In this document: in pieces, positions 17,846 through 27,465 of the stretch
How the letters are laid out: each line of letters begins with the position of its first letter
Numbering within the stretch: position 1 is the stretch's first letter
Source of the DNA: an uncultured Bacillota bacterium
GTDB lineage: Bacteria > Bacillota > Clostridia > Christensenellales > Borkfalkiaceae
Length of the DNA: 55,163 nucleotides
NCBI GenBank assembly: GCA_949282395.1
Contig: CASDPE010000001.1
Coordinates: 1 to 55,163 of the forward strand
Direction of reading: 5' to 3'
The notes under the pieces: model-generated
The model's input: the letters and a program-made list of their open reading frames with translations, nothing else
Database searches by the model: none
Told to the model about the DNA's origin: nothing
Program-made: the position numbers and the translations under genes

Positions 17846-20353
17846 TTAAACCTTGTTCTTGATGTAAAACTCATCGATATACAGCGTGCGGGAATACACT
17901 GCGCCGTCCTCGTCGAGCAGGTTTTCCTTTGCGCTCAGCCCGATCTGCAGGATGTCCGCAAGCCCTGCGCCGTCCGCGTCGATCTGGGTGAAGTTCCCCA
18001 CTTTGACCGTCGTCCAGCTCCTGGCAGGGAGCGTGATCTCGTCCAGGCTGTAGGTCGAAAAATCATCCAGCGCCACGACCTGCACCGTAAAGTCTTCGTC
18101 GGATGCGTTGTACACGCAGAAAGTGACGTACTCGATGCCCGTCAGCCCGTCCACATCAAAGTAAACATACGGGTGGAACGAGCTGTTGTACGATTCGTTG
18201 TCAAACAGGTGCCCCGAAAGCTCGGCCCTGAGGCTGGTTTCGCTCAACGCATAGGTACGATCGGTATTGACGGCCACCGTGCTTCCGTACGTTGCCGCGA
18301 CGCTTACGGCGGAAAGGGACGCCTCGTCCGCAAAGCTGTTCCCCTCTTCGGGCTTTTCGCCGAGCGTAAAGGTGAACGAGCTGCTGTATCCGCTGCCGGC
18401 GACCTTTACGCGCAGGGTGCCGCTTTCCCCGTAGGGTACGCACGCCGTGATCTTGTTCCCTCCGCCGACCGATATACCCGTATACTCCACACCGTTGATC
18501 GTAACCGTATAGCCGGGCTTTACATAGAACGAGCATTCGATGGCGTCCGTGCCCGCCTCGATCTTTTCCACGGCGAAGCCCGCGTCGCTCTGCGCAAGTT
18601 CAATGAACCGTGCGAGCAGTGCGCGCATGTCCGCAAGCCCCTGATAGTTGAGTTTGGACGCGCTCAGGCTGAAGATCTGGTCGTACATGCTCTCCAGCGA
18701 AGTGCGCACGTCCAGTTCGGCGCCGTACGCCGCGGAGAGCGCCGCATACTCCTCCTCCAGAAGGCTCATGTAATCGTAATCGTCGATCCCGTCACGCCGC
18801 ATCATCAGGCGCAGCGAAGGGAAGGGGCTGTCGGAGCCGTACTGCTTCCCGGGATAGAGCATGTAGCCGTCCCCGTTGGTCAGGCCGTCATGCGACGCCT
18901 GCGTATACAGGTCGTTCAGAAGCCCGTACCCGCGCCCGACGAACTGCCACCACGCGAGGTAGCCCGTCAGGTTCCAATACAGATCCCCTTTGATGCCGTA
19001 GGCATACTTGGACCAGAAGATGTCCCTGCCCGCAATGGTGTAGTCGTTGATCAGCTGCGACCCGACGACCCCTCTGTTTGCCGCGGAATAGGAATAGATG
19101 GTGTACCCCTGCTCCATCAGGTCCTGATAGAAGGCGATGGAATCGGTGGTGATAAAGTTGCTGTACGAGGGGCAGAACGTATCCACGCCGTAGTTGAGCG
19201 CGAGGTTCTCGTCGTACGTCGTCGTCATCACATGCGGGATGTCGCGGATAGACGCAAAGAACTCCTCGTCGGTGACCGTTTCGCTGAACATACGGCCCGA
19301 GCCCACCTTGCCCTCTGCTTTCAGCTGTGCGATGACCTTCTCTTCGAGTTCGCCCACTTCGCGCAGCACCTGCTCCGCCTTCGGATAGCGGGTCGCATAC
19401 ACGGAATCGTGGTTGCATTCGTCGTAGATGGTGTGGATATAATACTTCGCCTTATCGAAGTAATTCACGCCGTCTTCCAGGCTGATCTCCGCGATCGCAT
19501 AGATGTAGCGATACATGAGGTCGGTATCGATCTCGAGGTTGCCCTCGATCTTAAAGGGGATAAAGTAAGCGGCAAGTTTGTCGTAATATTCGCGCACAGC
19601 CGCCTTGTAGCCTTCGATGTCCCCGATCTCGACGGGCAGATCGTACCCGCAGATGTTGAAGTCGATGAGGAAATCGAAGTACGTTTTCCACTTCTCCACC
19701 GTGCCGTCCAGTTCGCCGTAAATGAGCCAGTCTTTCCAGATAAGGTAGGACGTTTCGATGGTGGGCGTTTCGGGCATTGCGAAGTCGAATACTTCTACCG
19801 AAACGGGTACGGCGATCTGCTGCCCGTCAAAGGCAAAGGTGACATAGCCCGCGTATTCCCCTGCCGCCGTATCGTACGGGACGAACACGTCCAGCCAGAA
19901 CCCCTGGTTCTGCCCTGCCCCGATGCTGTTCTCCCCCGCCGCCGTGATATATTCGACGGGGATAAGGCAGTCGGGGTAATACCCCGCAGGGAAATCGTTG
20001 GTGCCGTTGATGACGCGCGCATAGATCTGCACATACAGCGTGCAGTTTTCGGCGGAGATCGTGTTCCCGTCCGCGTCCGTAAGGTCGCTCACCGTTGCGG
20101 TGTATGCGCTCACGTCGTTTGACGGATTCACGATGACCTGCGCGCCGTCCGCCTCGCCCTGCGCGGCGCTGATCGAAAAGCGGCCGTTCCGGAAGGACGC
20201 GATGTCCTCGCTGCGCTCGACCGCGAGCGTATTGTATGTCGTTTTGACGGTGATCTCGTTCTCCGCCGTGTTGTCCGTGCCGCAAGCGGCAACGCTGAAA
20301 CAGACGGAAACCGCAAGCAACAGCGCCAACAGCGTCCTGCAACAATTCTTCAT
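17846..20353 (-). CDS. DUF4091 / GH123-like glycoside hydrolase, lipoprotein
   Basis: VAAC lipobox; YDE motif, GDLYW, NGDGYMLYPG and PSLRLMMRRDGIDDYDY (DUF4091-type signature). Confidence 0.75.
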   Translation of the reverse strand: MKNCCRTLLALLLAVSVCFSVAACGTDNTAENEITVKTTYNTLAVERSEDIASFRNGRFSISAAQGEADGAQVIVNPSNDVSAYTATVSDLTDADGNTISAENCTLYVQIYARVINGTNDFPAGYYPDCLIPVEYITAAGENSIGAGQNQGFWLDVFVPYDTAAGEYAGYVTFAFDGQQIAVPVSVEVFDFAMPETPTIETSYLIWKDWLIYGELDGTVEKWKTYFDFLIDFNICGYDLPVEIGDIEGYKAAVREYYDKLAAYFIPFKIEGNLEIDTDLMYRYIYAIAEISLEDGVNYFDKAKYYIHTIYDECNHDSVYATRYPKAEQVLREVGELEEKVIAQLKAEGKVGSGRMFSETVTDEEFFASIRDIPHVMTTTYDENLALNYGVDTFCPSYSNFITTDSIAFYQDLMEQGYTIYSYSAANRGVVGSQLINDYTIAGRDIFWSKYAYGIKGDLYWNLTGYLAWWQFVGRGYGLLNDLYTQASHDGLTNGDGYMLYPGKQYGSDSPFPSLRLMMRRDGIDDYDYMSLLEEEYAALSAAYGAELDVRTSLESMYDQIFSLSASKLNYQGLADMRALLARFIELAQSDAGFAVEKIEAGTDAIECSFYVKPGYTVTINGVEYTGISVGGGNKITACVPYGESGTLRVKVAGSGYSSSFTFTLGEKPEEGNSFADEASLSAVSVAATYGSTVAVNTDRTYALSETSLRAELSGHLFDNESYNSSFHPYVYFDVDGLTGIEYVTFCVYNASDEDFTVQVVALDDFSTYSLDEITLPARSWTTVKVGNFTQIDADGAGLADILQIGLSAKENLLDEDGAVYSRTLYIDEFYIKNKV

Positions 20354-20365
20354 GCTATCCTCTCC

Positions 20366-21970
20366 TCAGCGAAGTCCCGCTTTTTTCAACAGATCCGTCC
20401 AGCGCGTGCCGGTTTTGTAATAGTTGATGTCTTCCTTCACGACGTCGTCCCCGCTCCAACCCAAAGCATACAGACAGTGTTCGATGGGAGCGCTGTACAC
20501 CGCACGCCACGCAAGCAGGTCGTTGCCCAGGGGCAGCTCTGCATGGCGGTAATAGTACGTCGCGTTCTTGGCAAGTTCGTAGCGCGTTTTGGCAAATTCC
20601 GAGGTGGAAGCAAACCAGTCACAGGTGCTGATGTCGTACCCATAGGGCAGCGAAGTATTGCCGTCCATCGCCTCCGCGTAGATCTCCTGCCCCTTGTCCG
20701 AAGCCATCAGCTTCAAAAATGCCTTGGCATATTCGAGGCGGGGGCTCCACGCCGCCGCGCACACGGTATGCAGGTTCGCATAGGTATCCACCACGCAGCG
20801 CGCGTCGTACACTTCCTGCAGAACTTCGTCCGCGGTCAGCGTAACGCCGTTTACCTCTTTCGGCGCAAGCACGGGTTTTGTTGCCGTTTCGCCGTCGAGC
20901 AGCGCGTCTGCATAGCTGACCGCCGCCTGCAGCTCATCTTCCGTAATGCCGAGTTTTTCGCCCAGCGCCGAAACGATCGGAACGCGCATGAACTGCACGT
21001 CGTTATCGGGGAAGCTCTTGCCCATTTCGATGTTCGTCCAGTCGCCGTTCGGCAGCATTGCCGCTTCGCCCGCCATGAAATAGGTCTGCATCGCGTCCCA
21101 TTCGATGCCCGTGCTCTTCGGATAGACGTACGGATCCTTCATGATGGATTCCATTACTTCCATCGCCGCATATCTGCCAGGCTGTTTGAAGATCTCCTGG
21201 CTGAGCGTCATCTTGTCCTGCCCGACGTCATAGGCCATCCCGGAATAATAATTTTCGATCCCTTCGAGCCCTTCATACTGCGTCCACCATACGTTGTAGA
21301 GCGTCTGGTAATACTGCTGCCCCGCCGCATAGATGAAGGCGTATTCGTGCTCTTCCGCAAGCGCGTCCAGCAGATCCATCCATTCTTCCGTGGTGCGGCA
21401 GGGATACGTTTCGCGCCAATTTGCGCCCAGCGCACCCGCTACGACTTCGTTGTTGACCAGCAGCCCGTTGATGCCCTGCGTCCACGGCATGGTATAATAT
21501 TTCGTTTCGCCCGCCGCATTTTCGTTCTGGAAGGAAGAGAGCAGGCTATCGTCCAGCTTATCCTCCACGATGATCGTCTCCTCTTCGGAAGCGGGGTTCG
21601 CATAGATGTCCGACAGATCCGCCAGAACGACGTTGGACCCGTCCATCGTCGTTTTGATATACGAGCGGAAATCCGTACCGCCGAAGAAAAGATCCCATTC
21701 GCAGTACCCTTCCCCCGCGTCCAGCTTGTTGGTGATGTTGGTATCCACGACCTCCGTTTTGATAACGATGGTGATGCCGGGATACATTTCCTCCATTTCG
21801 TCGGCAAGCGCTTCCAGCCATTCGGTGCCGTATCCTTTTTTCAGGGTGATGATGTTCAGACCATAGTCTCCTTCATACGCCGTGTTGGAATTGCAGCCGC
21901 TCAGCGGCAACACGAGCGCCGACACACCCAGGACCGCGGCAGCGAGAACTGCCAGCAACCTCTTTTTCAT
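20366..21970 (-). CDS. Carbohydrate ABC transporter solute-binding lipoprotein
   Basis: LSGC lipobox, GYGTEWL, FMAGEAAMLPNGDW; adjacent to permeases. Confidence 0.88.
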   Translation of the reverse strand: MKKRLLAVLAAAVLGVSALVLPLSGCNSNTAYEGDYGLNIITLKKGYGTEWLEALADEMEEMYPGITIVIKTEVVDTNITNKLDAGEGYCEWDLFFGGTDFRSYIKTTMDGSNVVLADLSDIYANPASEEETIIVEDKLDDSLLSSFQNENAAGETKYYTMPWTQGINGLLVNNEVVAGALGANWRETYPCRTTEEWMDLLDALAEEHEYAFIYAAGQQYYQTLYNVWWTQYEGLEGIENYYSGMAYDVGQDKMTLSQEIFKQPGRYAAMEVMESIMKDPYVYPKSTGIEWDAMQTYFMAGEAAMLPNGDWTNIEMGKSFPDNDVQFMRVPIVSALGEKLGITEDELQAAVSYADALLDGETATKPVLAPKEVNGVTLTADEVLQEVYDARCVVDTYANLHTVCAAAWSPRLEYAKAFLKLMASDKGQEIYAEAMDGNTSLPYGYDISTCDWFASTSEFAKTRYELAKNATYYYRHAELPLGNDLLAWRAVYSAPIEHCLYALGWSGDDVVKEDINYYKTGTRWTDLLKKAGLR

Positions 21971-22019
21971 TTCTTTTCCTCCTTATGGTTTTCTTTTAAA
22001 TTTGAAAAGCGCGCAGCGC

Positions 22020-22907
22020 TCATTCTTTCAGGCCGCCCATGGATACGCTGTTCATGATCTTATCCTGCGCAAAGATGTAAATAAGCAGCGTGGGGATGCA
22101 CGTCATGATGATGCCTGCAAAATAGACGGGATAATTGATGTTGAATTTTGACGTTTCCTCGTAGAGGTACAGACCCGTCGTAATGGTGGGGAAGCTCGGC
22201 AGATAGTACAGCGGCATGGTGTAGTCGTTCCACCCCGTGATCAGCATGAGGATGAAAATGGAGCTGATACAGGGGATCGCGATCGGGAACATGACGCTGA
22301 ACATGATCCTGTAATGCCCTGCGCCGTCGATCTTTGCCGCTTCCGCATATTCCCAGGAGATCCCGTCAAAAAAGGAACGCATGATCAGCAGCAGACTGCC
22401 CTGCATGGAGGCGGAGATGACCAGAGGGTACAGCGGGGAATCATACAGCCCCATCTGATGGACCAAACGCATCTGCGCCGCGCCCGTACCGTAGAGGGGC
22501 AGCATCATCGTGGCGATGAGCACGCCGTAGATGATCTTCCTTCCCACGAATTTGTACTTGGAAAACAGGTATGCCGCACAGGTAACGCAGGCAAGCGAGA
22601 CCAGCGAACGCCCGAGCGTCATCCAGACGGAGTTGAACAGCATGATAAACAGGTTCGTGTCGTTCGCCTGCAGCAGTTCGAAGGCTTCGATATAATTTGA
22701 AAAGAGAAACTCCGACGGGAGCCCGTTCTTGTCAAACATGTATTCGACGGGTCCTTTCAGCGAATTCATGATCGCCCAAAGCAGGGCATAGATCATGGAC
22801 GCCGCATACAGCCCGAAGAGAATGAACATCACGATACGCACGGCATTGGTCCGTTTAAAGCGGCTGCGGATGCGCTGACCGATCGTCCTTTTTCCGATTG
22901 CTTCCAT
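22020..22907 (-). CDS. Carbohydrate ABC transporter permease
   Basis: EAA motif YAEAAKIDGAG, WNDY and transmembrane segments; AAGGAGG favours start 22907. Confidence 0.9.
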   Translation of the reverse strand: MEAIGKRTIGQRIRSRFKRTNAVRIVMFILFGLYAASMIYALLWAIMNSLKGPVEYMFDKNGLPSEFLFSNYIEAFELLQANDTNLFIMLFNSVWMTLGRSLVSLACVTCAAYLFSKYKFVGRKIIYGVLIATMMLPLYGTGAAQMRLVHQMGLYDSPLYPLVISASMQGSLLLIMRSFFDGISWEYAEAAKIDGAGHYRIMFSVMFPIAIPCISSIFILMLITGWNDYTMPLYYLPSFPTITTGLYLYEETSKFNINYPVYFAGIIMTCIPTLLIYIFAQDKIMNSVSMGGLKE

Positions 22908-22918
22908 AGTCTCCTCCT

Positions 22919-23911
22919 TTAAAACGTAACTTCGCCGGGCATTTTTCTGAACAGCCACCGCGTAAGCACGAAGATCGGCACGGTGGCGAGCGTTAAGATC
23001 AGACCGAAGGCCGCCGCATAGTTGTACCGCCCGCTGAGCACGACGGAATTATACATCCAGTACCCGATCGTCGAGGTCCCGTACATACCGCCCGAGAACA
23101 GGATGATGGGGCCGTCCGCATTGAAGATACCGATGACGGAGAGCAGCATCATGATGGAAACGGTCGGCCAGATAATGGGAAGCACGATCTGGAACATCTC
23201 GCGCGTGAACCCGCAGCCGTCGATCTTTGCGTATTCGATGACCGAATCGGGGATGCGCGCCATGGAACCCGAAAACAGGATCATGTTCATCCCGAATCCC
23301 GTCCAGATCTTGAAAATGACGATCGCAAGCGTGGCAAGCCCTTCGGTGTACAGCGGATAATTCTCCATCGGGTGCCCCGTAATTGCGGTGACGAGCATAT
23401 CGATGGGACCGTCCGCCGAAAGCAGGTTTTTGTAGATCGCCACCAGCACGACGCTGGAAATGATCATCGGAAGCGTAAAGATCACCCGGAAGAATTTATA
23501 CCCGAGCAGTTTTTTATACAGGAAAAACGCCAAAATAAACGCGAGCGGCGTCATACACAGATCCACGAAAAAGTAGATGAGCGTATTGACCAGGCTCTTC
23601 AGGATCTCGGATTCCGCGCCGAGCGCAAGTTCGTTGAAGAACAGTTCGAAGTTGCCCCATGTGAACGCCCCCGTATTTTCGTCGAGGAAGGGCAGCGCAA
23701 AAGAGCTCAGGTTGACGTAGATATAAAAAATGGCAAAGTGCGCCAAAGGGATCGCCAACAGAGAATAGGCGAACAGATTGGTCTTTATCTTTTCCTTCAG
23801 CTGTTGTTTGCTGAGCGTCTTTTTCATGGCGTTCCCCGTGGTTTCGTTGTTTTTCACGACGTCTCCCGCCTCTTCGTTTTCTTTGCTTCCGATGATAAGA
23901 GTTTTCTTCAT
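22919..23911 (-). CDS. Carbohydrate ABC transporter permease
   Basis: IPDSVIEYAKIDG EAA-type loop and transmembrane segments; start could be 23827. Confidence 0.88.
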   Translation of the reverse strand: MKKTLIIGSKENEEAGDVVKNNETTGNAMKKTLSKQQLKEKIKTNLFAYSLLAIPLAHFAIFYIYVNLSSFALPFLDENTGAFTWGNFELFFNELALGAESEILKSLVNTLIYFFVDLCMTPLAFILAFFLYKKLLGYKFFRVIFTLPMIISSVVLVAIYKNLLSADGPIDMLVTAITGHPMENYPLYTEGLATLAIVIFKIWTGFGMNMILFSGSMARIPDSVIEYAKIDGCGFTREMFQIVLPIIWPTVSIMMLLSVIGIFNADGPIILFSGGMYGTSTIGYWMYNSVVLSGRYNYAAAFGLILTLATVPIFVLTRWLFRKMPGEVTF

Positions 23912-23944
23912 GATTTCCCCGTATCTTCGTTGTTTCTGTTTTCA

Positions 23945-23973
23945 ATTATATTGGGTCATGCCCTGCCTGTAAA
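23945..23973 (-). promoter_or_regulatory. Promoter of the ABC/GH operon
   Basis: Minus strand TTTACA-N17-TATAAT. Confidence 0.6.
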
Positions 23974-24044
23974 GCAGGCACGGGCAAATTTGTTCACGAT
24001 TTTCTCATTGATATATCAGATTTGTGAACTTATTTGCTCTTTGC

Positions 24045-24073
24045 TTGACTTTTCCGTGAAAAAACCGTAAACT
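24045..24073 (+). promoter_or_regulatory. Promoter of the AraC gene (probably leaderless)
   Basis: TTGACT-N17-TAAACT ending 6 nt before ATG 24080. Confidence 0.6.
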
Positions 24074-24079
24074 GGATGT

Positions 24080-25003
24080 ATGATACAAAATCTTCTGAAC
24101 ACGATAAAGGTGAGCGTATGCCGCAATCCCGTATGGGAAAAAGGATTTGCCATGACGCCGCACAGCCACAGCACGCTGGAGATCGTATACATACGGCGCG
24201 GCGTAATGACGATCTATTACGGGGAAAAGGAACTCACGGATGAAATAACGCTTTCAAGCGGACAGTTTGCGGTGCTCTTCCCGCACACGGCGCACCGCTA
24301 TTGCAGCGAAACGCCGCAATGCGAATTCCTCATCCTCGAACTGCTCCTGCAAAACAGGAATTGTTCCTTTTCGCATTGGCTGCGCAGCGAAACCTTTCTT
24401 TCCAAAGTGCCGCAGCTTTTGGAACTGCTGCACGCGAACACCCTGATCCTCTCTTTTACGGACTCTCTGAACGTATTGGAGCAGCTTCAGGAGATCCATC
24501 GCATCGTCGGCGAAGAGAACTTTGCGGAAAATCCCCTTTCGCGCATCCATTATTCCATCGCGCTGGAACGGCTGTTGTACTCGGTCTGTTCCTGCCGCGT
24601 CTATTATTTCAATGCGGCGGGCAACATTCATGTGCGCAAGTGCATGCTGCTCATCCGCGACGGATACATGGGCGACCTCTCCGTGGGCAGCCTGGCAAGC
24701 GCGGTCGGGGTCTCCCCTTCCTACCTGCAGCGTCTGTTCAAAAACGAATTTCACCTCTCCGTGCTGGACGTTATCCAATTGCAGCGGCTGGGGAACGCCT
24801 GCCGTCTGCTGCGCATGACGGACGCAAAACTTACGGAGATCGCCGCGCGGAGCGGTTTCCGATCGGCGAGCGCCTTCAGCAAGGCGTTCGTGAAAGAATA
24901 CGGTCAGACGCCCGGCGATTACCGTAAACTGTACATCGAGCGCACCAAGGATTATACGGACACGCCCAAAGATTATTTCGACACGCTGACAAACAACTCG
25001 TAA
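24080..25003 (+). CDS. AraC-family transcriptional regulator
   Basis: Cupin HSH..LEIVY; C-terminal HTH (VSPSYLQRLFK...GFRSASAFSKAF...TPGDYR). Confidence 0.92.
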   Translation: MIQNLLNTIKVSVCRNPVWEKGFAMTPHSHSTLEIVYIRRGVMTIYYGEKELTDEITLSSGQFAVLFPHTAHRYCSETPQCEFLILELLLQNRNCSFSHWLRSETFLSKVPQLLELLHANTLILSFTDSLNVLEQLQEIHRIVGEENFAENPLSRIHYSIALERLLYSVCSCRVYYFNAAGNIHVRKCMLLIRDGYMGDLSVGSLASAVGVSPSYLQRLFKNEFHLSVLDVIQLQRLGNACRLLRMTDAKLTEIAARSGFRSASAFSKAFVKEYGQTPGDYRKLYIERTKDYTDTPKDYFDTLTNNS

Positions 25004-25025
25004 AAAACGGCTATCTTATTTTTTG

Positions 25026-25063
25026 CATGAAAAAAGAGGGGGAGGGATCCCCCTTTTTTCATG
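25026..25063. terminator. Bidirectional intrinsic terminator
   Basis: CATGAAAAAA..GGGGGA / TCCCCCTTTTTTCATG between convergent genes. Confidence 0.75.
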
Positions 25064-25068
25064 TCTTT

Positions 25069-27465
25069 TTATCTCTTGCGCCAAAGGCGGGGACGGCACA
25101 AAAGCCCGAGCGGCTCCGCTCTGTTCCACAGCGAAAGCGGATCGCGCCGCTCCATGACGAGCGAGCCGCATACCTCTATACGCAGAGCATGCTTTTCCGC
25201 GCCCGATAGGCTGAACGTATACGCATAGGGCGCCCCGATGCGCCAGCCGAGGCTCTGCCCGTCCAGTTCTGCCAGCACGCTCCCTCCTGCATCGCCGAGA
25301 TCGAGACGGTACTCCCCTTCTTCCGCCGAAAATTCCCTCTCGTAAACGACGCTGCCCGAAAAGCGCTCCGACTCCCCGATGGCATATACGTTTGCAAATG
25401 TGTCGTCCGGCAATTCCCTTGCCTTGTTGTCCGTTCCTTCGCAGCGCACGCGCCAGGCGCCGCCGAGCGGCACTTCTTTATACTTTGCCTTCTCCTTCCG
25501 CGCCCCGCGCGCCAGAAGCGCGACGCACTCGCCCGCCGAAAGCGCAAGCGCAAACGCATCGCCCGAAACGCCGTATTCTTCCCCGCTCTGAAAATTCCTG
25601 ACTGCGTTCACCCGTACGCCGCAGCCGGGCCGCACGACCCCGCGATAGGGCACGGCGCCCGCATTGAACACGAGGAAGTTCGTTTCCCCTTCCGCACAAA
25701 ACGGATAGACGACGACCCCCTCCCGCGCAGGAGTGAGCACAAGTTCGCGCCGCACCGACTTTGCGACGCGCGCGGCGAACGCCTTCGTCGGGCGACGGGG
25801 CGCGTACATGATCCGCTCCAAACCAAATTTTTCTGCCGCCTCCTCCCATTCGGGAGGGATGCGCTCCGCCCACGGAACGATCAGCACGTCCAGCGCTTCG
25901 GCGTCGTTTAGGCGGTCATACGGCACGATCATGGCAGGGATCTGCGCATCGGCGAGCACCTTCATAACGCCGTCCACAGGGGCGTTTTCGCCCGCGCTCC
26001 ACTCCGCTTCGGCATGGTAGAGTACGCCGCAGTGTATCACCGCCCTGCCCGCCGCCGTCATGCCGCTCACCTCGTCCATATAGCGCATGAGCGCACCGAA
26101 CGGGCGGTATGCGGGATTTTTGCCGGCGCAGTAAAACTGCGGCGGACAATCCTCATCCGGTTCTTTTGCCGAAAAGGCATGCGGAATAAAGTGCGTGATG
26201 CCGTTTGCGAGCATCAGGTCCGCAATCCACTTCATATCCCTGATGCTTTCGCCGAAGCCGTAGGCGCCGAACAGCTCGCACAGCGCCCTGCCCTGCTTAT
26301 TTTTATCGAGCAGCGCGCAGGAGCGCGCCAGGGCGGGCAGCGTATAGCAGAAAAACGCGGGAGAGGCAATGCCGCCGCTGACGGGAGCCAGATGGTCATA
26401 GGAGAGCGAAAAAGGCTTGATCTGATGCAATACGACATCTATGCCCGCAAGATCCTGCCCCTGCTGGCTTTTGAAATAGTGCCCTGCGCTGCAGGCGGTG
26501 TGCGTATGCGCATTCATGTCCTCGATGATATGCCCCGCATAGCACACGCCGCGTTCGCGGCACCACGTGCCGATCTGTTCGGTAAAATTTTCTGCATACT
26601 GCCGCGTGATGCTACGCATAAAGGCGCGGCGGAAGGCGCTCGTCTTTTCGTCCGCCCCGTACCAGAGGCGCAGAAGATCCTGCGCGCAGTACCCCGCCCC
26701 GTACAACTCCTGCAAAAGCTGTTCGCTGAGCGGCATCGCCAGCCCCGCCGTGCCGATATTCGCATCGTACGCCGTGCCGCGAATGCGCGAGCGCTCGTTA
26801 TAAAAATTCCCGAAACGCGGCTCATCGGAAAAGAAGCCGCGCAGCGTCTTGCCGAAAAAATCTTTGTAATGGTGATAATGCGGTTCGTAGACCGCATCGA
26901 TGAGCACCCGCACGGAAGCGGCATTGAGCATGTCGATGTAGTTTTCGCGCTCCGAACCCGCCCTCGTCTTCCAGATCGTTACAAAGCGGAACAGTTTGGG
27001 CGGCAAATCATACCGCAGTACATCGCCGCGCACATTTGCCGTCAGGTCGGTCGCCGTCTCCACAGCGAACCCTCCGGGGCGGTGTTCCAACGCGTATGCG
27101 CCGAGCAGTTCGTCCTCCTCGTCCCTTTCCAGCAGCAGCATGCCGTTTTCCGAGCCGACGGCATCCGCATTCCGCGCGGCAATGTGCCATTGACGGAGCT
27201 CTCTGCGCTGTTCCAGCTTTCCGTTTGCATAGCCGGTGGGGTACTGCCTGTCGTCCAGCACCCAGACTTCCATATCCAGCTCTTGCGCCCGCTTTAAAAC
27301 GATGTCCATATCCCGCCACCAGAGCGGTCCGCAAAAATCCGGATGCGGGCGGGATTCCACGCAAAACGCGGAGAGATTTGCGCCGCGGATCGCCTCGATC
27401 TCGCGCACGATCTGTTCCTCGCTTTCGCCATGCAACCATAAAAAGGGAAAGATCCTCTGCATCAT
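25069..27465 (-). CDS. GH106-like glycoside hydrolase
   Basis: PFLWLHGE..ESRPHPDF..VLDDRQYPTG, GFFSDEP, GHIIED, AGIDVV, CELFGAYG; C-terminal beta-sandwich. Confidence 0.7.
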   Translation of the reverse strand: MMQRIFPFLWLHGESEEQIVREIEAIRGANLSAFCVESRPHPDFCGPLWWRDMDIVLKRAQELDMEVWVLDDRQYPTGYANGKLEQRRELRQWHIAARNADAVGSENGMLLLERDEEDELLGAYALEHRPGGFAVETATDLTANVRGDVLRYDLPPKLFRFVTIWKTRAGSERENYIDMLNAASVRVLIDAVYEPHYHHYKDFFGKTLRGFFSDEPRFGNFYNERSRIRGTAYDANIGTAGLAMPLSEQLLQELYGAGYCAQDLLRLWYGADEKTSAFRRAFMRSITRQYAENFTEQIGTWCRERGVCYAGHIIEDMNAHTHTACSAGHYFKSQQGQDLAGIDVVLHQIKPFSLSYDHLAPVSGGIASPAFFCYTLPALARSCALLDKNKQGRALCELFGAYGFGESIRDMKWIADLMLANGITHFIPHAFSAKEPDEDCPPQFYCAGKNPAYRPFGALMRYMDEVSGMTAAGRAVIHCGVLYHAEAEWSAGENAPVDGVMKVLADAQIPAMIVPYDRLNDAEALDVLIVPWAERIPPEWEEAAEKFGLERIMYAPRRPTKAFAARVAKSVRRELVLTPAREGVVVYPFCAEGETNFLVFNAGAVPYRGVVRPGCGVRVNAVRNFQSGEEYGVSGDAFALALSAGECVALLARGARKEKAKYKEVPLGGAWRVRCEGTDNKARELPDDTFANVYAIGESERFSGSVVYEREFSAEEGEYRLDLGDAGGSVLAELDGQSLGWRIGAPYAYTFSLSGAEKHALRIEVCGSLVMERRDPLSLWNRAEPLGLLCRPRLWRKR

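Noticed and set aside
17702-20122. Long plus-strand ORFs opposite PUL genes (806 aa here; also 7902, 12888, 14984, 20477, 26014, 27036, 29750)
   Set aside because: Antisense shadows of GC-rich genes, with no motifs or RBS; the minus-strand frames have clear family signatures.
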